DNA from: Mobula hypostoma
Lineage: Eukaryota
Length of the DNA: 60,000 bases
Assembly: GCF_963921235.1 (NCBI RefSeq)
Contig: NC_086097.1
Span: 184,266,001 to 184,326,000, forward strand
Direction of reading: 5' to 3'
Shown one piece after another: positions 50,875 to 60,000 of this stretch (positions within the stretch are counted from its first letter, which is position 1; the number at the start of each line of letters is the position of its first letter). The position numbers and the translations under genes are program-made. The notes beneath the pieces are model-generated. The model was not told the DNA's origin, made no database searches, and saw only the letters and a program-made list of their open reading frames with translations.

Positions 50875-51636
50875 CAATGGTCCCCAACCACCGGGCCGCA
50901 AAGCATGTGCTACCGGGCAGTGGGGAAATGATATGATTTGACGATATGAGTCAGCTGCACCTTTCCTCATTCCCTGTCACGCACTGTTGAACTTGAACAT
51001 AGGGTTGCCAACTGTCCCGTATTAGCCAGGACATCCCGCATATTGGGCTAAATTGGTTTGTCCTATACGGGACCACCCTTGCCCTGTATTTCCCCTGCTA
51101 AGGTAGAGCGTTCCTATGAAACCGTTTGTAAGCCGAAATGGCGTAAAGCGAAGAAGCAATTACCATTAATTTATATGGGAAAAATTTTTGAGCATTCCCA
51201 GACCCAAAAAATAACCTACCAAATCATACCAAATAACACATAAAACCTAAAATAATACTAACATATAGTAAGAGCAGGAATGATGTGATAAATACACAGC
51301 CTATGTAAAGTAGAAATAATGTATGCACAGTGTAGTTTAACAGAATCGGGAAGATTAAGCGAAAACCAATTTCTAGAATAAAAATCGGCACGTCACGTAT
51401 GCGCACGCCACGCATGCGCACACAGGTGCCCACGCAAGGCTTCATGGTCATGGTAGTCTTTCTCGGGGTAAACACAAGTGTCCCATATTGGACTGCTACT
51501 TTTGTCCCTTATTTGGGAGTGAGAAAGTTGGCAACCCTACTTGAACAACGCCCCCCCGCCCCCCCGGTCGGGCGGTCCGCAAGAATATTGACAATATTAA
51601 ACCAGTCCGCGGTGCAAAAAAGGTTGGGGACCCCTG
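50875..51636. mobile_element. Non-autonomous hAT (Charlie-like) MITE
   Basis: TIRs CAATGGTCCCCAACC / GGTTGGGGACCCCTG; 8-bp TSD TCCTATGA at 50867-50874 and 51637-51644. Confidence 0.9.
51000..51539. mobile_element. Second hAT MITE nested in the first
   Basis: 14-bp TIR TAGGGTTGCCAACT; 8-bp TSD CTTGAACA at 50992-50999 and 51540-51547. Confidence 0.9.
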
Positions 51637-52289
51637 TCCTATGACTCACTTTACAACTTTAACCAGTGAGCTCTTGATGCTGTAGTATGACGCAATCCAC
51701 ATTTACTGTAAGTGCAGAATATTTTGATATAATTGATGTTCCAAATTGATGGATCTCATTAGCATTTGAAGATTCAGTATTAAGCAAATTTTTATGTCAG
51801 GGAAATGAACAGTATGGACTTGCTTTAACACGCTCCCAATAATCTGCCAATGGTGGTAACTAATGTACTGTAAGCTTGACAAGTTGAAACTTAACATGAC
51901 TGAAGCAAAATGTATGCCCTATCATGCCAGCATAGTTACTTAAAAGATAACTATGGTAGTATGTTTTAAAGTCAAATGGTTTTGGACATGAAGGGAAACA
52001 TGTAGGAGGTAGCTTTCTCTAAGCCAGTTGCCTTTAGATTTCTTTTAGGGCGGACCACACACCTGCAAGATACTGTTGAGGAAGCTTTGATGAATTGCAA
52101 CTATTAGTCCTTAACATGGAGCATCTTCAGCAGTGGTATGCAATTAGATTGTGGAGGTTGCTCCAAAGAGTTCAAAATATTTTGTTTTGCAGGGCTAAGA
52201 ATGAGAAGATTATTATCAAAAAATACTTTCTACTGTCAATTGCCAATAAAGTGACGGAAGCTATCACTGACAGTCATGTCAAGTGACAT

Positions 52290-52830
52290 TTATTTACCAA
52301 TACCCAATTTGGTTTATTAGGACCACCTGGCACCAGATCTAAGCCAAAGTTAATTAACATGTAGATCATGGAAATGAACACCAAAGGTATGGTGAGATGA
52401 GATGAAACACCATTAACATTAAAACAACATTGACTGAGTACAGCATTAGAGCACCTCAGTAAAATTGGAATCAAAGGGTGTCATAGGGAAAATGGCTGCA
52501 GTCATACCTCACTACAAGAAGGTGGTTGTGATTGTTGGAAATCAATTATCCATGTTCAGAATTTCCTCAGAGCAGTGTCCAAGGCCAATAATTTTCATTC
52601 ATGTTATCATCCTTTCATTGTAAGGTGAAATGGGAAGTTCACAGTTAATTGCACAATCTTCAATTCCATTTCCAGCTCTTCTGCATATGAATCAGTCCAC
52701 ACCTGCATGAAACAAGGGCTAGGCAACAGTCAGGCATGGATTGACAAGTAGCAAACACAAAAGTGTCAGCCAATGGCGATTTCCGAAAAGAGAGTCTACC
52801 TTTGACATTCAAACATTTCATTCTTAATTG
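52290..52830 (+). mobile_element. Very old LINE RT remnant
   Basis: Decayed PQSSVQGQ (PQGS-like) near 52565 and AAGTTCACAGTTAATTGCACA (FADD-like) near 52635. Confidence 0.45.
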
Positions 52831-53259
52831 CTTATACAACAATCTGTAAATCAAAATCAGAGCAAAGGAAATATTCAATGAGAGATAATATATGCAATTT
52901 CAATAATTACTAGATATATAAACAAATTAACATACTGCCATTTCACAAACATCAGATGTTACAATATTAAACTATTTAAAACTAGTTAAAGAAATAAAAG
53001 AATAAAAACTACTTACCTTTCTCCCAGCAGTGGATTTCTAGCCTAAGGATTATAAATTCTACACAAGTTCATTTGGGAGCAGAGGTATCCCTTAGCTTGC
53101 ATTTGGCTGAGTGAAAATCTGAACTTCTTCTTCTGTTGGGGAAATATCCTGGTAGGGACCTATCTGACAACAGTGCATCTCAGTGAAGACCTTTCCCTAT
53201 AATCTTATTTCTGTTTCTAGTGTCTTGCTTTCTTCAAATTAAATATTGTACTTCTTAGG

Positions 53260-54663
53260 TTACAGCAAGGATGTAAAGTTGAGATTTTATAAAGTACTGG
53301 TGAGGCCTCACTTTGAGTATAGCGAGCAGTTTTGGACCCCTTATCTTAGAAGATTTGAACAGAAACTGGAGAGGTTTCAAAGGAGGTTTACAAAAATGAT
53401 TCCAGGATTGAATGGTTTGTCATATGAAAAATGTTTGATGGTTCTAGGCCTGTATTCACAGGAATTTAGAAAAATGGGGGGGGTGACCTAATTATAAGCT
53501 ATCGAATGGTGAAGGGCCTTGATAGAGTGGATGTGGTGAGGATGTTTCCTATATGGGAGTGTCTAAGGACACAGCCTCAGAATAGAGGAACATCCTTTCA
53601 GAATGGAGATGAGGAGGAATTTCTTCAGCCAGAGAGTCGTGAATCTATGGAATTTATTGCCACAGTCAACCATGGATGCCAAGTCGCAATGTATATTTAA
53701 TGTATATTGGAACTAAATGGCAACTCCTTTGCTTGCATCTTCAGGAAAAGCTCTATTTCCATCTTTAATATCTCTATTTTTCCCTTTCAGGGTTCTTTTG
53801 AAGACCCTGACCTGGAGTCACACGCTGACCTCAGTTCTTTGTGAGAATGAGGCCCGCTCTTGGGGTTTCATGACTGACCGTTATCTGACATGCCAAGAGT
53901 GCGGTCTAAGAGTTCGGCTCGCCTTTGGAGGCCGAGAATCTCGGGGCTCTGGAGATGGGCGGATCGAAGGTCGGTGTCCTGACACACCAGTGTGTCGTGG
54001 GAGCTGAAAGATCTTTGGCTGTGTGCCCAGAGACCTGAGATCTTTGGGCACAGAGCTGGAAAAAATGACACATTGGACTTTGAACATCATAAACCAGCGA
54101 GTTGTTTGTTATGTCTCCCCTCTCGCTGTGAAAATGAAGACATCTCTTTCTCCCTTATTAGGGAGAGAGAGAACCTGTGGTATGTCGAATACCGGATGAA
54201 TGCGTAGTATTTGGAGTACTACAAGTCTGTGTCTTTGCTGTTGCTTTTGCTAAACACTTGAGTGCTCGGGGGCGAGTGCCGATGCTTTTTTTTGCCGGTG
54301 GGGGGAGGGGGGATGACGCTTGCTGCCCCTTATGCATGGGAGGGAGGGGAGCTGGGGGGGGTACTTTGGGGCGCTAACATTTAACTGTCATTCATTCTTT
54401 GGGGCAGTCCTCCGTTTTTGTGGATGTTTGCGAAGAGAAAGCAGTTCAGGATGTATATTGTATGTATTTCTCTGACATTAAATGTATCTTTGAACCCTTT
54501 GAGAGGTTGATGGGTTTTTGATTGCTTAGGGCATGAAGGGATTTCAGGAGAAGGCAGAAGATTAGGGCTGAGAGGAAAATTGGATCAGCCGTGACAAGAT
54601 GGCGGTGCAGACTCGATGGGCCAAATGGTCTAATTCTGCTCCTATATATTATGGTCTTATGGT
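53260..54663 (+). mobile_element. CR1 3' fragment interrupted at about 53701-54502
   Basis: ORF 53246..53491 VRPHFEYSEQFWTP; CR1 resumes at about 54503 and ends in TATGGTCTTATGG. Confidence 0.88.
53701..54502 (+). mobile_element. About 0.8 kb non-coding element with a Rex/Babar-like tail, inserted in CR1
   Basis: GC-richer than its flanks and splits contiguous CR1 sequence; ends ATTAAATGTATCTTTGAACCCTTTGA, like the tail at about 43620. Confidence 0.65.
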
Positions 54664-57358
54664 TACAAAACTGACTGCACTTTAGAAATACTGTATTGGA
54701 TAGAAGTTGACATGAGATTTATTGTGAAATGAACTATTAGAATTAAGATTCCTCCTTCTAAGATGACATTGAACTGTTTGTTCAGGGGATTTTTATAGAA
54801 TTGTCATATCAAAGACGTTATACACCTTCAAAATTTGAAATAAACTCATGAAGAAGTTTGGAAGTTATGATTCAAACTGAAACCCTTCAAAGAACTGATG
54901 AAACATCCCAATGGCAATGATCAAATATAATAATTCATCATAGTAGACATTCATTTTCTGGAGGAAAATCTAGTATTTCCTTTTGCCTGAATTACTTAGG
55001 TGCGTGTAATTATTCCTAAGAGATGAAAAAAGGCATATCCTAAGCTGATAGATCCACGGGCAATTAAAGATTTCACCTTCCCAGCAAACATGTTGCATCT
55101 TGAAAAATTGAATTTGGAATTGCAAGGTAAGATAAACCGCTTACATAAATTTTTATAAGCATCTGTGTTTAAGATGAATATAGCATATCAAAATTAACGG
55201 ACACTGATCTGACTGTAGTAATAAAAGGCATCCCAAGTTAATGAATGGATTCTTTTTTTAACAGATGCCCATTTGTTGATTTTTTTTCTGTAAGTTGGAA
55301 AGATCAGAAAATCGCACTGGATATGACAACCACGTCTCAGTAAAAATTTACTCTGACATACTCACACTTAAGAATCTTTCTATTTCTAAGCACAACTACA
55401 ATTTGTGCCATAGGTTCTTCTGAACATGTTCATTCTAGTGACTAGTAGTATGTAATTGGAAGCACTTTTGCTGTAATGAAGTGCCATAGGCCAAAGATGC
55501 ACAGTTCTACTTCTACTGGTTGCACCATTTAACATAAGAAACAACATCTGTGAGCACATTGCAATTAAAGACACATCTTTGGCTTTGCTGTTCTAGAAAC
55601 TGTGTTGTTAGTAGGTCTTAACAGAGCAGCTGTTTGCAAGATGTAAACCTTCAAAATCCTTTGCTTTTGAAGAGAGCCTATGAAAACAGCTTTGAAGAAG
55701 CACATTTTGAAAAAAATGCAGGAAGGTTACCACAAATTACAATCCCTGTGAATTTCCAAAATATGGCCACTGCTAGTGCCAATCTACACTGGAAGACCTG
55801 GATTGTAGAACAAAGTTCAGATTTTTTAAACCGTTAGGCTCTTCGGGAGTCCTTGGTTCTGGAGTGGAAAAGTAGTCTTGAAGGAAGTTAAATAAAGTTA
55901 TACAAGTTTATGAGATATTTTGTAAAATGAGCTAGTCTCGAAATTATTTCCAGCTAAACACCTACTTCAGAAGAGGTGAAAGGTGTGTACAAAATTTGAG
56001 TTCATGTTAAGTGCCAGACAGCACTTTTTCATTCAACAATCTCATTTATCTTGAATAATATTCTGAAATTATCTGTACAGCATAAGATAACTTGGCTCAG
56101 TTTATAGTATTTTGGGGTAGAAGATTGTGAGACCAAGACTCACCCCAAAGTCTGAAAAACAGTCTGTACTAGCACTTTGGCATAGCATTCAGTGTTGGAG
56201 GTTCTGTCCTTCAGATTATATTTTGAGCAGTCGCCCTTTGTAACCTCTTGGTAGCTGTAAATGACCTTGTGGCATTTCAAGGAAGGGAAATGTGTCCTGT
56301 CTAGAAGTTATTTCTTAGCAAATATCATAGGTACAGACATGCTCAGAAATTGCATTATGGAGAGCCACATTTTTGTGCAGCACACAATCCTGTCTTAATA
56401 AAAAATATGTCATTGAAAATAGTAAGCTTATGGTGTGGATTTTCACTCTGAGCTTCTGCTTTTATGACTTACAAATGTACAGATGATTTTGATGTGTGTG
56501 CCAGTGTTAAGCAACATGGAATGCATGTCAATAATTTTCAGTCTCTCAGAGGATTTCCTCGAGCAGATATTAGACCGGTGTTCGGAACCCATCTCAAGAA
56601 GACCCTTATGTTATTTACTTAGCTGCCCCAAATCTATAACCTTCAAACTAAAACTAATTCCTCACATATTGCCAGACCACCTTCAATCCACTTACCTGCC
56701 ATTCATCCTGACACAACCCTCAATGTAAATAACCACTGGACTGGCTACGTCCTCAGTTGGATTGCCCAACTTCTGATTATTTTATATTCCCGGCAAGACC
56801 CCCTAAGTTAACCACCTAACTCTGAAGACTGATCATATTGTTCAATTCAACTAATCTCCCACCCCAGCTGACTATGACCACTTTCCAAAATACTTGAAGA
56901 GAAGTGTAGACTGTGGTTGAATAAATAATTTATTATTATTACAAATACCATTTTCTGATGGTGAGTTTATGTAGTGTTACTTAGTGACCTGCTATAAGAT
57001 TCAGTAGTACTCTCTGCTTGTGATTATCTTAACGGTTTGTACTTTGAATATGAACAGTCTTGATTCTCTCTGTTTGATTGATGTTCCCTTTAAGCGCATA
57101 CTGTGTTAGCAATACTCGTTCTGGTTTTGGGTGTAACAGCTATGAACAGTGCTGACTCTGGCTGTGATTTTTTTTTGCTGTGAGTTTGAAGTATTGCCTT
57201 TGTTTCTGAACTGTAATTATGACTGTGGCTTCTCTGCCTGGTGACCAAGATGCATTACATCCATAGACTGTCATAGTTATGTTGAGTACACTATCTTTCA
57301 CCCTGCTTCCTACGCAACTACCATTCCATTCTCACAGTTACTCTGTCTCATTTTTTCC

Positions 57359-59769
57359 TGTTATGTTTTCTAACTCCTGAAATTAACTGAAAGAAAAGTA
57401 GGGGAGACCCAGGGAAAACTTCTGTGTACTTAGTTTTATTTTACTTTTAGTAAGGCACACACATTTTTGAATCATTGGCATAATGATGAATGCCATTCAT
57501 GTACTTTTACATATTACCTGTAATTAATTATTTGAACAACAAAGACAACAAAGAACATTTCTCCCTGTTTAGCTATAAACCAACTCAATATAAAATGCAT
57601 TTCAGCATATATATATATATCAGAGTAAATTTTAAATTCTCCCATTCAAGTCTAAATATTTAATCACTGAGGATGATTTCTTATTCTTGTTGGATAATGT
57701 TTTCCCTGACAAGGGGGCTGGGGTCGCTCTGCTTGGCAGGAGAGAGGTGTGGCTGTGAAACACTCTCACAGGTTCTGGGGCTTCCTCCATCCTGGTTGTA
57801 GGAGTTGACTCTGGGACTGCAGGAGGTGGTTCTGACAGCGCTGGACACCTTTCTTCTGGATGTGCTGGCATCCCAAACAATGCAAGTCAAACTACTCAAT
57901 CTACTGATCTACCCCAGGCCAACAGATGAAGTTTCGAGCCAATGCTTTCATTTTGACCATGCCTAGCTGACTGGCATGTAGCTCCTCCAACACTTTTGCT
58001 CTCAGCTTGGATGGTACAACAACTCTCAATCTCCTCATAAGGCAACCTCTGTCAAGGGCAGTTTCATCCCAGTGCTGGTAAAAATGGGGGAGCTGGAATT
58101 TCTGTTGCATATTCCAGCCAATTTGATTTGCCATGTAGACCTGAGAAAGTGTGGGGTCTTTTTTTGCTTTCCCTGTGGATTATCTCTGCTGTAATAGGGA
58201 GACTTTCAATTTGCATTAGGGAGAATATGTCAAGTGGAGTGTCTTCTTTTATAAATGTTTCAGGTATTCCCTTTTCCAAGGGTAAATATGATAACCATCA
58301 GCATCTCATGATTATTTGTCCTCTTGTATTCGATCTTGTAATTATTTTTCAGGAAACAGAATGCATCTCTGCATTCATGCTGCTGTTAGTGGAACATTCT
58401 ACTATGGATTAAAAATGGATCTTAGTGGTTGATGATCTGTAATAAGCGTAAACTCTCTCCTATACAAGTACTGGTTGATATGTTTTACACCCCAAACCAG
58501 ACACAAGGCCTTTCTGTCAACCTGTGCATAATTTTTTCTTTGCCTTGGTAAAGGAACAAGATGCAAAGGCTATGGAATGTTCAATTCCATCACTCATAAC
58601 ATGTGACATGACTGCATCTATACCATAAGGTGAGGCATCACGGGCAAGCTTCACTGGAAGAGGTGGATCATATTGTGTGAGTGTTGTGTCTGACATCACC
58701 ATTTCATTTATCTTTTTGAAAGCCATCACCCCCCGTTTTGTCCATTGCCACTTTTTCCCGATCTGTAGTAGTGGAGACAGCAGCCAGGTTTGGCAGGGCC
58801 TTGAAACTGGCAAATCCTAAAGGGACCACAACTATGACACACATCCTTTGGCCCTGGGGTATCCACCACTGCTTGAATTTTCTCAGCACACATGTATAAT
58901 ACTTGTGCATCAATGGTGTGACCACAGTAAGTGACGCTTGGTTTAAAGAATTCACTCTTGTTTTATCATGCTCATCTTCTCATCTTTTTGTCATTGTCTT
59001 GAGGTTGGAAATGTTCTTTGTCATCCTCAGGTATATCAATGATATCATCCAGGTAACACTGAGTGCCTGGGCTGCCTCGTAGCACCTGGTCCATAGCTTT
59101 CTGCCAAAGTGCAGGTGCAGATGCTGCTACAAAAGTAACTACATTATAATGATAAAGCTCTTTGTGGATATTTATGGTGAGAAACACTGTAGACCACTTT
59201 GCTGAGGTGTTTTACTCCAGAAAGGCTTGCAAAGAATACCTCTATCCTGGGCAGAGGGCACTGGGTTGAAGCTGACCTTAAAATCACCACATATCCTGAC
59301 AGACCCATTCTTCTTGACAATTGGGACAACTGGTATTGCCGATCAGCTCCATTCCACCTTGGAAAGAATTAATTCAGCCTTCACGTGATCAAGCTCAGTG
59401 GCTACTTTATGATGGATGCTATAAGGAACCAGATGGGCTTTGTAAAACTTGGGTGTGGAATTTTCATTTAACACTATTTTACCCTTGATAGTTTGGGTTT
59501 CCCAATCCCATCTTCATTGCCACTCTTATGTTTTGTAACTCCTGTAATAAATCAAAAGAAAAAATATGAGAGGGCTGGGGATAACTCGTGTGTACTTAAT
59601 TTTGTTTTAATCTAGTGAGCCATGCACTTATAACATGGTGGCGTAATGATGTATGCCATTCATGTACTTTTACATATAGCCATTAATTAATTATTTAAGC
59701 AGCAAAAATGCTAAATCGAACAATATATTTACAATATTACTCACATGTTACTGAAATATTAAATACACA
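57359..59769 (-). mobile_element. Internally deleted Ty3/Gypsy LTR retrotransposon with both LTRs (about 57359-57620, 59527-59769)
   Basis: RT (SAPALWQKAMDQVL...CYLDDI), RNase H (DASPYGIDAV) and integrase zinc finger (VLEELHASQLGMVKMKALAR) fragments. TG...CA ends; flanks TTTCC / TTTCT. Confidence 0.88.
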
Positions 59770-59885
59770 TTTCTGTTCTACAAATGACATTTTGCACCCC
59801 AGTGGTTCCAGATGTCTTTTCTAACTATGACATTTCCTTGTCTACTCTCCACTTCCAGTATTCCCAAGATGTAGTTCCACCTGGG

Positions 59886-60000
59886 TGCCATGGTGATATA
59901 GTAGTCTGAATGATACTATTATAGCTTGGGGCATCGCAGTTTGGAGTTCAATTCTGGCCACACTGTATGTCCTGTGTGAATTTTTGCCTGAATGCATAGG
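59886..60000 (+). mobile_element. Degenerate tRNA-derived SINE head running off the window
   Basis: A-box-like TGGTGATATAGTAG and B-box GGAGTTCAATTC. Confidence 0.5.

Noticed and set aside
59886..59965. tRNA gene
   Set aside because: Only degenerate A/B boxes and no cloverleaf; better explained as a SINE head.

Overview
AT-rich vertebrate genomic DNA dominated by retrotransposon debris. The repeat content (CR1 LINEs with short tandem tails, Rex1/Babar and RTE LINEs, HE1/V-type SINEs, Penelope-like fragments) suggests a cartilaginous fish, probably a ray; this is an inference. One host gene is visible: two + strand coding exons of TRIQK, at 11126-11211 and 26265-26378 (the latter with the stop codon). 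The start-codon exon was not found and probably lies upstream. The rest is intron or intergenic sequence with nested mobile elements, including a solo LTR, a deleted Gypsy element and nested hAT MITEs. The most notable signal is a family of short (about 130-310 bp) non-coding fold-back insertions derived from Penelope-like termini. Each is flanked by an 11-15 bp target-site duplication (TSD) and carries a minimal type I hammerhead ribozyme motif (CTGACGA...GAAACGTC). Two of the youngest copies lie about 230-720 nt past the TRIQK stop codon, possibly within its 3' UTR. Boundaries of old repeats are approximate, and all calls were made by eye without database searches.
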